Shown in pieces: positions 11,751 to 24,757 of a stretch of DNA of 64,000 nucleotides. The notes under the pieces are model-generated. The model worked only from the letters and a program-made list of their open reading frames with translations. It did not search any database and had not been told where the DNA came from. The number at the start of each line of letters is the position of its first letter. Positions within the stretch are counted from its first letter, which is position 1. A program made the position numbers and the translations under genes. This DNA comes from Octopus vulgaris (lineage: Eukaryota), in the NCBI GenBank assembly GCA_951406725.2, contig OX597819.1, positions 54,498,001 to 54,562,000 of the forward strand. Direction: 5' to 3'.

Positions 11751-13949
11751 GTACTGATTATTATTTAATTTCTGAAGTTTCTCATAGGAATACCAAAGCC
11801 GTGGAATATTCTCCAACAGTTATTTTGTTTTATCTTTGATGGCCTATTACTTAATTCGAAATCTGATCGCTCTATTGTTTGGAAAAAAATGCGAGCAGTA
11901 ACTGTATGTGTAAATAACTTTGCCCTTCAACTTTTTAATGTAGTCGTAGGAGCCCCTTAATAGGATACGGTGTGTCGAGCGCTTTAAAATCTGGTGGATC
12001 CCATCCCTATCTAAGTCTGACCACAGCTGAACTCTTCCACAAGAAAGTCAGACAGAAAGAAAAATCCACCTCAGTATAAGATTAATTCATCGACCCGAAA
12101 AGAAGAAAGTGTTAGCACCGACAGGATTTGGACTCAGAATATAGAGAGTAATAACGTTAATCTCTAAAGTAATCTACCCAACGTACTAATGACTCTGCCA
12201 ATTGGTTGCGTAATACTTAAGGAAAAGATTTGTATCAATATTGGTTTCAAATTTTGGCACAAGGCCAGCAAGCTTGGGGGAGAGGTTAAGTCGATTACAT
12301 CGACCCCAGTGCTCAACTGGAACTTTTCAGTGGAATTTGAACTCGGAACGTAAAGACGGACAAAATGCCCACTAAGTATCCTTTCCGGCAGGCTGACGAT
12401 TCTGCCAGCTCGCTGCCTTAATTTGTATCAATGTTGATTTCTCATATAATAGCTCACTTATTGGAAGGGGTCGATATAGTCGACCGAGTTTATCGATGTA
12501 TAATATGGAGATATATTTTATTGATCTCGGAAATTTGAAAGGCAACTTAGATATCGATATGAATGTAAGTCAGAACTTAACTGAATACACGAAGGCGTTT
12601 ACTTCAGAAATATATAGCTCCTACTACTTACGGTTTTCATATCAAACAATAATGAAGCTCCTGTATCTTTAGCTTACAAATGTATATAACCGTATGACGG
12701 CTCGAATAATTTATACGTTATTTATATTTTATATCACAAATGGTGAATAATAGTGCCATTGGTTTTAGAAATTTTCGTCGAGTTACTTTTGATTCACTGC
12801 ATTACTGATAGCCAAAGTAATAAGGGAGTGTCTGCATCTCGCGCAGAGCAGATATCCAAGCAGACACAATGTCTCGATAAGGATATCATATGGACCGAGG
12901 AGGGTGGTGTTTCTTTCTGTTGATTTCTTTGTTTTATGCTGTGCTAATATCAATGGGTTTGACGTATAGATTACTTCAGCATTTGGGATCAGCATGTGTA
13001 GGAACTCTTCCCTACGTAACATTGCGAAATATTCACTTCAACAGCGAAAATTAATTGGGCGAATCGCACAAAACTCTGGTCGACTCCTTTGTTAATTGAC
13101 AAGCGTTGTATCCAGCGTTGGTATGCATTAGCCAACCAAGAGATCTTATTGGCTTTCACAGTCGTGCCACTGTTTGTGCAGATCAGAATAATATTGAGAT
13201 TTTTCAGTAGTTACTGCATGTTTCGCTGCCGATTTAAATGTAAGATGGAGTGTATTCAGGTTTTGTTACCATATTGTTCTTGATAGCCGTGCCTGCATTC
13301 GTAGACTGATGTGTCCGGTCGAAAGAAGCGCGTGGATGAATCGCTGTCCAGATTTCATCTTGTACCACGTCTTGATAGCAATGTCTCGATCGAATTATGG
13401 TCAGCAATGTCCATCAACATGGTTTCTACCTTATCGTTCAGAGCTGATGTCAAAGTACCGAAGCTGGCAACTGGTTCCTTTTTGTACTCAGCTATACTCC
13501 ATCACTTGGTCTTTTCATAACCAGTCATTCCCTTTGGTGGCTGTAGTCGAAAACTCGGTGAGAAGCTGAGAGTGAGTAGGGGATTTTGTAGTGAGAGAGA
13601 ATTTGACGGCAGAGTACGCCAACCGATAAGTCACAGCTGACCCGGAGAACCACAACTGAATGGAGAAAGAAGCTGGTATGTAATGACGCCATTTTGGGAT
13701 TTTCATCTACGCATGCGCAAGTATTAGTCTTCCGGAAGGCCTGCCAGAAGTCCCTTATGCACATGCGCAGTCATCATCAGCAGCTAAGTTTTACCGCTGT
13801 TCTTTCCTTTTTTGCTTCTTGCTTCCGATAGAACCAGACAAGCTTCGTGTGAAGGCGAATACGACTTGGCGAGCTGAGAAGAATGCCTTCACAATTGTGA
13901 TTCAACCGACTCTGCTGCTTCCACCCCACCCCACCCCAGCGTCCAGGCT

Positions 13950-14680
13950 ACCGATGTCTCCAGAGATGAAATACTTATTTCGGCGAAAATAAATTATTAT
14001 TGTTATTTGTTCGGAGATTCGTGTTCCCGCTGTTTTCCTTTCTACAACTATTTAAGGAAGTGTGAGGCACCCAACCAGTGCCAATCTCACATCCTACAAT
14101 TGGTGACCCCAGACGAAGAACATTAGCAGAAGAAGACTCTCTAGCGCCCGTTTTCACAATGGTGAAAGGAAAAACGGAGCTTATTCACTGACGCCGAAAT
14201 CACACGTCTATCTGTGCTCGTGCTATTTCTTCAACCGACATCAAGCCGACAACGATTTGGACAGAAGAAGATAGACCAACGCCGACACCACGTGCTCATA
14301 GTCTGGGTTGTGGAGCCATCTTTCTTTCAACCGCGTGCTTCTATACGTTTTTTTTTTCAACTGCTATATTTAGCTGTGATATTATCTTTTGACTTTCGTC
14401 TTCTAGAAACATTTATTTTTTGCCAGTTTCTCAAGAAAAGAAAAGGACAATCTTACAAACAAACACAGTACACACATGCTCACTAATTTTCTGGTGTTTT
14501 TTCTTGTTTTTCATTTTTTTTTCAGTGCGACAACGGTTGAGGATCAGTATAGATCACAAAATTTCGACCTTCGAGTTGATGTTGAAAATGTAGACAGGTA
14601 GATCGCCAAGAGCTCGCGATCAAAGGTGCTGTATTGCCGATGTCCAGAGATGAAATACTTATTTCGGCGAAAATAAATGT
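13950..14680. mobile_element. Ty3/Gypsy LTR retrotransposon remnants (rearranged)
   Basis: Minus-strand RNase H peptides YSTFDRELLAIY and HFQHQLEGRNFVIYTDPQPL (14522-14640). PBS-like TGGTGACCCC at 14101 follows ...CTACA. A ~40-bp direct repeat sits at ~13952 and ~14637. Confidence 0.7.
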
Positions 14681-16239
14681 AATCCGTGTACCCACTATCA
14701 TTTGCCAATTGCTGCTGTTGCAGTCTAACACTATATTTGATTTTTTTAAATGGTTTGTTACTCACTGGCTTCCTTTGGACCATTGTAAGGGACCGATCAT
14801 CCAGTTATTGCTATATCCTTGCTACTACGGGACTTCTTAATCCTGTTTAGGAGTGTGGAAATAGGAGATCTGTCACTCCCCACCATAACCTCAAATCGTA
14901 GCCTTGCCGTACTAGTCGCAGACTCAGAATCCGGCGTTGATAAATTTCCAGATCCAGAGATGTCCCAAGATTATTGCCATGAAGAGACCTTCTGTAGTGT
15001 ATGGCACAACTCGTGATATTATTAGAACAACGTTCATAATTTTATGCCAAAATCTATGTACATTTTTATGACAATCAGTTATGGAATGATTTTGGCACAA
15101 GGCTAGCAAGTTCGAGGGTGGGGGTAAGTCGATCACATTGACTCCAGTATTTGACTGGTACTTAGTTTATCGACCCCGAAAGGATGAAAAGCAAAATCAA
15201 CTTCGGCGGAATTTGAACTCAGAACATAAAGACGGACGAAATACCTATTTCTTTACTACCCACAAGGGGCTAAACACAGACAAACGGATTAAGTTGATTA
15301 TATCAACCCCAGTGCGTAATTGGTACTTATTTAATCGACCCCGAAAGGATGAAAGGCAAAGTCGACCTCGGCGGAATTTGAACTCAGAACGTAACGGCAG
15401 ACGAAATACTGCTAAGCATTTAGCCCGGCGTGCTAACGCTTCTGCCAGCTCACTGCATTCAATGCTAGATTAATTGACATATTTGAGACAAGTTTGGACA
15501 AGTCGTATTGATCTGAAATATGTTTGGTTTCGCGTCTTTATTGCGGAATATGTTGCTACAAGACGCAGTGTTCAAAAACAAACGGTCTCCATTTGAAAGT
15601 CGTTGTTGTCTATCCCCAAATCAACTAAGATCAATGGCATTCCAACTGTGGCCACCCTTTCATATTTCAATAGCATTTACGCTGTTTATATTTTGAAGCC
15701 GGTAGGACGTTATACTAGTAGAAATTTGGCAGCTACTTCTAGCAGGTCGTGCAACCATATAGAGACTACCTCGTTGGCTCAGAAAAATTGCAGGTTGTTG
15801 ATGTCGGTCCGAGATTCTCCAGATCTATGAGCAAAAGTGTTCCACTCGTGACCATCCTGTCTGTTTTCTTTAAACATCATATCCTTTAAACTACGTCGTT
15901 TACTGAAGTCGAAATCTGTTTTAAAGACAATAGGATGAAATTAAAGGGAATTTTTGCTGCTATTTCTAGTCAGTTGAGCAGCCAGTAAGTGCTTCGTGTA
16001 AGCTGTTGTTGGTACTTGACACCCAGTCAAGCAGAATGTTATTGCTGCTTTCTCTTTCACTTTCTATCACTAATCTCTTCCTTTCTCTTTCTTTTTTTGT
16101 TGTATGAGATGGCAAAATAATTACACCTCGCTCTCATAAATTTGCCGAAAAAGAAATCTAATTTATTTAATTATTTATAGGGTCATTGAACAAAGTATCG
16201 ATTTGAAATATCAAGCAGAATGTTATTGAAAGCCTCATC

Positions 16240-17042
16240 TCACGTTTCCTCCTTAATTGTCGCTACATGAACTGTCGCTAAATGGAGATGGCAGCATTTC
16301 TTCTGAAGTTCGTGTATGTGTTTCAATCGCTGTTTCATTTCTTTGCAATAACGTTCTGCATGATTTGTACATCCTCCATTCACTTGATTCACAACATTCT
16401 CACGATGATTAACTGTCAAATTTGTGAAATCACGGGGATTGCATTTATTCCGTTGTAAGCACGTCAACAGTCCGTGTGGATTTCTGTTCCAGGTAGAACA
16501 TTTTCCTCAATCAAAGGTAGCAATGATGATGCTGAACTATCTGGAACAAAACAATCGTGGAATAAGCTGCCGGACGAGATAGTGAAGATGCCGACGACCG
16601 CTCGGTTCAAAGTCTCCCTTGACCACAAGTGGCCTGAACTCTTTACATGAACACCACCCTGTACATAACTCCATGTCCCCCTACATGGCCTTACTTTTTG
16701 CTTTTGGAGCCAAAAAATTAACTAACTAAATAAATAAATAAATCAAAGGCTTGTTGTTGTGTCCTTCCTTCCAAATACCCATTTTTGAGGAACATGTCCG
16801 ACATGGTATTTACTTCTTGAAATGACACTATCATCTAATTCTACATGTCCAACACCACCAATTTTATAGGGATTGTTTACTAAGTAGTGTGAGCAGACAT
16901 CTCTGAAGTACCGATACCATTGCGCAACAGTTTTTTGTTTTGACCTTCTACGAAACTGTTTTTTTCGAATTAATGAACTCTTCCATTTATTTAATGGGCG
17001 ACAAAAGAACTTTAGGTGGAGTAAATGGTCTGTTTGTATCAT
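16240..17042 (-). mobile_element. Merlin/IS1595 (ISXO2-like) transposase remnant
   Basis: KIGGVGHVELDDS..RSKYHVG..WVFG, LLPLIEENVLPGTEIHTD and HLTVNH-like TNLTVNH...TNHAE. Confidence 0.85.
16556..16743 (+). mobile_element. LINE extreme 3' fragment inserted into the Merlin transposase
   Basis: WNKLPDEIVKMPTTARFKVSLD (RT C-terminal end), a short UTR and a (TAAC)n(TAAA)n tail. Confidence 0.7.
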
Positions 17043-17520
17043 GGTTGTGGAGCCATCTACTATGACTCTACTCAGAAGGCTGTAATATCATTTGACAGGG
17101 ACACGCTGTAAAGAATATATAAAACAAGGCTGTGTCTTTAATGCCGGCCACATGTAAGTATATACAAGCTGAATGATAAATGGAAATGGTTGTTGCGTGG
17201 AGACCATGATCTCCTGTGCGTTGCCTCCTGTCTGCTAGCTGGCGTATGGTGTGAGAGAGCCAGCTAGATCACGTCTTTGGTCGGCGACGTCAAGATGTCA
17301 AAAAGAGGAAGTGGTGAGTTTCTGAACCTTAATGTTGCGTGTGCCCTCTGGTGTGAGCTTGTTTAAACGACCACTGTCAAGAGAGGTAACTACGTCTACA
17401 GAACGCCTAGATCTGTTAGAGGGTTTAATCCAGCTACGTAGCCAGCCGATTGCAACTGGGGATGCTGAAAAGGAGTACGGACAAAAGCTCCTACTTAAAG
17501 TGTGAAAGTGGACAAAAGCC

Positions 17521-17896
17521 GGATCTTTTCAATTGTGTGGCCAGGAGCCCAGATATTTCTACTTAACTAAATAATTTGAAACTTCGTATGCTGGTACAGT
17601 GTTTCAAAACAAGACACAGGTTGGAACTAGTTTATTTGAGAAAAATCTATTTTATGACTTTAATCGTAGATTAAAACTGCGAATTTTAACCAATGAGATT
17701 GCTTGTTTTCATATTTAATACGTTACTGCATTCTGTTAGTGTGACGTAGAAAGCAGTTTTGTGACGTAGGCAACTGTGCACATTTGAGGCTAACATACAT
17801 AGATACATACACACACACACACATGCATACAGATACACATACACCGAGTATTCACTCGAAAAAACTAAACACTGAATCGGCCATACATACATGTGT

Positions 17897-17939
<43 letters not shown>

Positions 17940-18441
17940 ACACACACACATACATAGATACATAACACACACATACATACAGATACACATACACCGAGTA
18001 TTCACTCGAAAAAACTAAACACCGAATCGGCCATACATACATACATACACACATACACACACACACACACACACACATACATAGATACATACACACACAC
18101 ATACATACATTCATACATACATACATTCATACATATACACATACACCGAGTAAAAAATTTCATCGTTATTGTTTTGTTTACATTTGTTTACATACCATAT
18201 GTTTAATACGTCACCAAATTGGTGGTCGAGACGGAGTAAATAATATGAAGCCGAAAGACGGAATACCATTGGTTAAAATTCTAATTATTAAACAATGTTA
18301 AACTTAGAAGTTACAATTCCGTTTTCATTCTGGTTTACAATTAAGTTTACTTTTGACACATTCTACCAGTATACGAAGTTTCAAATTGTTTGGTTCAGTA
18401 GGAAAAATTTGAAAAAACTGGCTTCACAAATGAAAATATCC
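17521..18441. mobile_element. Non-autonomous TIR element with 8-bp TSD and internal CA/TACA microsatellite repeats
   Basis: TIR GGAT(C/A)TTTTCA.TTGTG..GCCAG; TSD CAAAAGCC at 17513-20 and 18442-49; a partial copy is at 2810-2912. Confidence 0.75.
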
Positions 18442-18679
18442 CAAAAGCCCTAGGCTTATATTTTTCGGTTATTTATTTCGTTTTTTTAAATACATTTTCT
18501 GACGTCTAACCCGGTCATAACTTCTGATATATTTCGTTTTATTTTCACTTTACTTGTTGGGGCATCAGCTCGAAGAATTTTTAGTTGAATGTATCGACTC
18601 CAATATTTTAAAAAATGATTTTCAACAAGCACATAGTTAAGCCTAAAAGGTCTTTCTACATGCTAGAGATAACAGCCAA

Positions 18680-19290
18680 ATCTTTAAACATTATTTTTAT
18701 ATAATATCAAATAAACATCGACCACGAGGCTGACAGTGTGTCTTCTCAACAATTCGATGATTTCGTTTTGCATTGCTGCTGAGGTGTAGGTCGCATTTTT
18801 AAAAATCTTGCTGTAACATTCCATTAACTTTGAGTCTTTCTCCAATGTGTACTGGAATAATTTCATAAAAAGACCAGAAGGCTACGTATCATCTTCCGAA
18901 TAAAGATCCTGAAAAGCTTCACTTTCATTTCCTCGAAAAGGCAATATCAACAATGGAACTGATATAATAACGGTTTTTGCCCAACTGATCATTTTGCAAG
19001 ATTGAAGACATGGATGTTGTGGATAAATGCCGTTGGCGTTCCTTCCCTGTTACCATAGCTTGAATATGGAATGCAGAGTTTGCGTGCTTATTTAAACCTT
19101 TGTTTTGTTTTTCTTTTGCATGATGCCAATTAGAATATCCATTTTTAATAAAACAAGTATCAGCTTGAGTAGAAGTATAAAAATGCCGACAGCATAAACG
19201 ACCAGTATACCAGCTTGACGAGAAGTCACGTCTCTGATTTCCATAAATTTTTTGATCAAACTTTGCTAGAACAGGCAGTCGATCTGTCTT
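18680..19290 (-). mobile_element. hAT transposase remnant (TTF zinc finger/DUF4371, ZMYM1-like)
   Basis: CRHF...GYSNWHHA...LNKHANSAFH and NATYTSAAMQNEIIELL, with frameshifts. Confidence 0.75.
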
Positions 19291-20479
19291 AGATCATCCA
19301 ATGAGTCGATATAATCGACTAATTCGTTTGTCTGTCCTTGTTTGTCCCCTCTGTGTGTAGCCCCTTGTGGGCAGTAAAGAAATAACAATTACAGGTACAA
19401 GATAAAAGTCAGTGGGCCGCGGGCCTGAGGTTGGCCAGCCCTGATGTAGAGGCTTCCTGTAGGTTGTTCGTGGAGGTAGATTTTACTTTCTTCATTCAAA
19501 CATCATCATTTAACGTCCGATTTCCATGCTGGCATGGGTTGGACGGTTTGACTGAGGACTGGTGAGCCAGAGGCTGCACCAGGCTCTACAGCTTGATGCC
19601 CTTCCTAACGCCAACCACTCTGAGAGTGTAGTGGGTGCTTTTTACGTGCCACCGACACGAGGGCTAGTCAGGCGGTTCTGGCAACGACCACGCTCAAAAG
19701 GTGTTTTTACGTGCTACCTGCACGGGAGCCAGTCCGGCGGCACTGGCAACGACCACGCTCGAATGTTGTTTTTCGCGTGCCACCGGCACATATAAGGCAA
19801 CGCTGGCAACGATCACGCTCCAATGGTGCTTTTCACGTGTCACTGGCACGGGTACCAAACCGTGGCCTGGCAACGATCATGCTTGGATATGTTTCTTTTA
19901 ATGTTCCACTGGTACGAGTGCCAATCAAGCGGTACTGTCATCGGCCACGTCAGCGACGTTGAAATACTCAGGTTGGCTTCTTTATCTTAGACTTTTATTA
20001 CGATAAGAAATAAAAATAAATGTACCGTTTCTTTCTTCAATCTAAACAGACTTGACAACAAGGGAAACCTCGACGTAGTTGCTAGACATGCTAAATAATA
20101 ACCACATCTCTAGTTTTGATCTACGTTAGTTCGTTTCTTGGATTCAAAGTCAACATAGTCTAATCTTCATTCATTAGTCGAGTTAAAACAGAATCAACAA
20201 GGGAAGTAACTATTTCTTTCATCTAATTAGCTAATAATTAATGCACGTACACCATTTGGGATTTTGAATAGCTAAAATATAAAAAAATAATTTTAGATTT
20301 TGAAAGTAATCTTCGTAGTGAAACTGAAAACAAGGGAGACAGCAGCAGGTGAAAATTGATAGGGACAAAGCAGGTGAACGATCTACGGGTACATAGTTAC
20401 TTATTTAAAACATTTCTGTATTGTTATATTTCGAGATGGTCATTTAAAAATGTTTAACCAAATAAACACACATATTATA

Positions 20480-20597
20480 CAGGGTGTCCCAGAAGTCACG
20501 CACCATCCTGGTTTTTTAAAATTGAATAAAATAAAATAAATTGCGTCAATTATTTTTAATGAAAACCAGAATGGTGCGCGACTTCTGGGATACCATG
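20480..20597. mobile_element. Palindromic Tc1/mariner-type MITE
   Basis: TA|CAGGGTGTCCCAGAAGTCACGCACCAT...ATGGTGCGCGACTTCTGGGATACCATG|TA. Confidence 0.8.
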
Positions 20598-22073
20598 TAT
20601 ATTCGTTCTTCATTCGTTTATTACTATTCTTATTTTATCTTATGTCCATTGTCCGGAAATCTTTCGTCACACATCTGTGACCTCTTCAGCGACCCTTACC
20701 GTCCACGAGTGAAGAACGAATATATAGGGCGTGTGTTTATTTGGGAGGGGCGAGAAGGCCATCTTGAACTATAACAATATCTGTTTCAACACACGGTTTC
20801 ACATCAGGAATCTTGCAACAAATTCGTAAACGTAAAACATTTCTATTATATGCTAAATATATAATCCAATGTACCTGTTGCTTTTTAAAATGGTGTAAGC
20901 ATAATTTGAGGAAGATTTGACTGCTATTTTTTGCAGGTTAAATAACAGTATACTGGCTCCTTGTATTTGAATTTGATATGTATAATTCTTGCCAGCATCA
21001 ACATTTATGTACCTTGCACAGCATTTGAGCTATGGACAAGTTAGCTGGTTGACAAATCAGCTATCCAATTAATTATTTTACCTTTCAGAAGAAAGTATTT
21101 GGATATTGTTTGAGAAAATTATACTAAAGAAGAAACATAACAGGTTTATAAAATAAGTTTATTATATAAATTAATCAAGAAAAATATGCAATTGGTGAAG
21201 GGAAAGAAAAATTATTGTATTCTTTCAAAATGAGACAGATAAAAAAAAAAGCTGGGCTCATCCATAAAAAAATAAAACTAAAAGGGGGCGGTGGTAGTGG
21301 CAGTTATATAGTAAAAAAAAACAACAAAACTTTGCCTTCACAAGAATATGACAAAGCTACATCAAAAAAAGCGAAGTTGCATGAAGTTTTTTTTCTCCTT
21401 TTGGCATTCACTGAAAACAAAAAATATTCCAGGTAATCGAAATCTCATTTATTCTTCATATTCCTGCTGGGATTTTTTCTCTCTTCTTTCGAAGATGAAT
21501 TTTGACTTTACAAAGTTAGTGAAGCAAACTCCACTCATAAATCTTATTTATCACAGATTTAAAAATAGGGGAAAAAAAAAAAAATTATATATATATATAT
21601 ATATATATTGGTAACTGGTTTTAGCAAAAACTTAAAAAAATAACAGATGAACGAAAGAATAAGTTGGCTGGCTAAAGTCATTATTGTAACTTATCAATAG
21701 TTTAATGGTTAAAAAAAAAATCCAATTATCTGTATAAAAGTCATTTATAATATAGACATTGTACAGTTAGTTTCCTTGTAATTATTTGACAAGCATATAA
21801 AATATTTTAATAATGAAATATTCTTGAGTAACAATGTCTGAGTGTGTCAGTATAATTTGGAACAGTTGTTTAAGAGAACAAAATGTTTTGGAAAATATAT
21901 TTTTTCAAATGAAGATTCGTAAACATTTAAGATGGATCAGTTAAACATTTAACTGAAAATAAGTTTAAAATTTGGCTTGTTAAAATTTTAACTGTGTTCT
22001 CGATTATGTGAATTGCTTCAAAATGAATTTGCAAAGAGGTTAAAGTGCTATGGTGTTAAGTTGGCTGAACACA

Positions 22074-22215
22074 TCACTTTTTAGACAACTGAGCTTTTAA
22101 TCCTTTAATCCTTTCCATCAAACCTGGATTAGATGTACTACATTTAGATAGCACTATATTTAGTTCGTCTTCATTGCGATTCTCAAATGCAGCATCAGCA
22201 GCTTCTTTCAGTTGC
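22074..22215 (-). CDS. VPS16: VPS16 terminal coding exon 23 (QLKEAADAAF...LSKK*)
   Basis: CAG acceptor; TGA stop at 22074-22076. Confidence 0.92.
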
Positions 22216-22777
22216 CTGCAGAAAAAGGTAAACCAAAAATGTCATATGTAAGAAGCAAATTAGATCCCAGAACATAAGAAAAGTAAACACAATTTCACTC
22301 AGTGTACAATTTACTTAACAGTGGTGTGTTAACTGGTGTGGTAAAATAAGTTCAGAAGAATAATTAGGTTTCAAAGGTTTTAGTGAAATTGCAGTAGAAT
22401 TATGTCAGTGATTAGGTTGCTGACAGTTAAAAGAAAATTCTTGACACCAAATAATAAATAATTAAGTGAAGCTAAGTGAAATTTGTATTTTTTTGATTGG
22501 CTAAAATGAGTCTTCCATACTGTAATTGCTTGTGAAGTACCAGCTTTGACAAATCACGTTATTAGAATTTCTATAGCCATTAATTTAATTTTAAGAGTGG
22601 ATACACTGGTCTGAAGAACACATGAAGATATTTCCACAGGCTAAAACGAACACTGGATCTTGATGTTGTCTTTAGACCCATTGGATTCTGTCAAACTGTC
22701 TAACCCATACTAGCATGGAATATGGACGAATGTTAAATGATAATGATGATGATGATCATGAAAATTGTGATCCTTAC

Positions 22778-22881
22778 CCAGTTTTCAATAAACATCGGAC
22801 CTTATTTTCAGGATGAACCCGTGGAATATATTTTCGTGCTTCATCAGGATTTTTATGTTTCATGCACACATCAACAAAGGC
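22778..22881 (-). CDS. VPS16: VPS16 exon 22 (AFVDVCMKH...CLLKT-G)
   Basis: CAG/GTAAGG boundaries. Confidence 0.93.
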
Positions 22882-23474
22882 CTGAGGAAATTGATAATTA
22901 AAACAACAAATGAGAACAAATGTTAAAAGAAACTGAAGGAAAAAAGTAGATTAAATAATTTTAAAAAATCAACAAACAGTCAGAAATAAAAAGAAAATTC
23001 TAACAGAATATTTGAAAATATCTTCTATCTGTTAGCTTTTTGTTTCAATGATGTATCGTTTACTTTGGATGGCTAAATTATGGCAACCATAGTGGATTTA
23101 ATTATTTTTCCTGAATTTTCAAATTTGAACACTTTGATCACAACAAAATATTGACAAGTCAGCATGACAGACAAATTAAACAGTATTTGTGTTCATGTGT
23201 GTTTTGATATGCGATAGATGTAAATGAGTGTTTTCATACAAGTGGTGTTGTTTGTTTTCATTACTCTGGGAAATGATCACCCAGCTTGGAAATAGGTGAA
23301 GGCAAAAGGAAGGCCATCTGACTGTAGAAAAAATTGTCTCAACAAATCTATCTGACCCAAATGAAGCTGAAACTTTGTGGTTGGGAAGTAAACTTCTTAA
23401 CTACACAACATGTTTGCAAGTTTAAAGTGTGAAATAAAATGTATAAGAGACTCTTTTAATTTGTCTTTCACAAA

Positions 23475-23643
23475 GGCGTAGGAGTGGCTATGTGGTAAGT
23501 AGCTTGCTTACCAACCACATGGTTCTGGGTTCAGTCCCACTGCATGGCACCTTGGGCAAGTGTCTTCTACTATAGCCTCGGGCTGACCAAAGCCTTGTGA
23601 GTGGATTTGGTAGATGGAAACTGAAAGAAGCCCGTCGTATATA

Positions 23644-23692
<49 letters not shown>

Positions 23693-23915
23693 GTGTGTGT
23701 GTATGTGTTTGTGTTTGTCCCCCCCAACATTGCTTGACAACCGATGCTGGTGTGTTTATGTCCCCGTAACTTAGCGGTTTGGCAAAAGAGATTGATCGAA
23801 TAAGTACTAGGCTTACAAAGAATAACTCCTGGGGTCGATTTGCTCGACAAAAGGCGGTATTCCAGCATGGCCACAGTCACATGACTGAAACAAGTAAAAG
23901 AGTAAAGAGTAAAGA
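23475..23915 (+). mobile_element. tRNA-derived SINE family A with an internal TA/TG microsatellite (representative copy)
   Basis: A/B-box head (TGGCTATGTGG...GGTTCAGTCCC), CORE-like CCTTGGGCAAGTG and a LINE-like tail. Other copies: ~2044-2340, 25861-26815, 30297, 42150, 44218-44585 (-), 53950-54330 (-), 59095-59240 (-), 63800-64000 (-). Confidence 0.85.
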
Positions 23916-23936
23916 AATAAGGAAGCAGTGTTTTAC

Positions 23937-24033
23937 CTCCATTCCAATGGGTGGCTTTTTAGTTCTGGAAAATTTGTCTAATTCACCCCATAAATGAGAT
24001 TGTGCAAGGGCATTGATTTTTAACCACCAAAAC
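23937..24033 (-). CDS. VPS16: VPS16 exon 21 (FWWLKINALA...KKPPIGME)
   Basis: CAG/GTAAAA boundaries; conserved FWWLK and PIG motifs. Confidence 0.94.
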
Positions 24034-24242
24034 CTGTCAAGAAATGAAAAATTAAGAGTAAAATATACGTAAAATGGGAAATATGAGTAATAAAATAGAG
24101 TTACCAGTAAGCATATTTAAATATATTTGTGAATTTTTTTATATTATAAAGGAGAAAGCTGCTTTTTAATCAGGTATGTAACGGTTACTAAAAGAAAGCA
24201 ATTATTAAAGGTTTGATTGTCAGGAAATATTTTATACATTCA

Positions 24243-24757
24243 CTAGCAGTATCACCCGGCGTTGCTCGGGTTTGTAATGGAAATAACTATATAAGCATTT
24301 TTAGAGAGTTACTTCCTTTATAGATGCCAATTAGGGCTTTCTTAGCCATTTCTGTTTTGGTGTCTTCAAGCCATGAAGTCGTTGTTCTAAAAGAACGCTG
24401 GTCTCCTTGACAACGCATTACGACGATTTCCTTAAACTCCCTTCCCCACAGCTTCACGAGGGAGGGAAGAAGGGGGAGAAGCAAACACAGGTGCAGGTGT
24501 TTGAGCGTGGACGCCAACTCCGCCGCCATTGACACACGAAAAATTATGCATTAAAATGGAATAAAAAATGATGTTAAATTATTTTTAAAATCGTAGACTC
24601 ATCGTAGACACGCGCTAATAGCCAGACGGGCTTGATATTAATCACGACTATAAAGATACCCGAATTTGGTTAAACTGCACCGCAAAATGTGGGAGGAGTT
24701 AGGAATCTAAATCGTAGGAGACAGACACTCACACAACTACAGTTTTATATATATAGA
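24243..24757 (-). mobile_element. Non-autonomous Helitron
   Basis: Minus strand reads A|TCTATATATATAAA ... ACCCGAGCAACGCCGGGT hairpin ... CTAG|T, giving 5' TC, 3' CTAG and an AT target. Confidence 0.85.

Noticed and set aside
17830-18150. Repeat-spacer-like array resembling CRISPR
   Set aside because: The spacers are CA/TACA microsatellites inside a TIR element; the context is eukaryotic with no cas genes.
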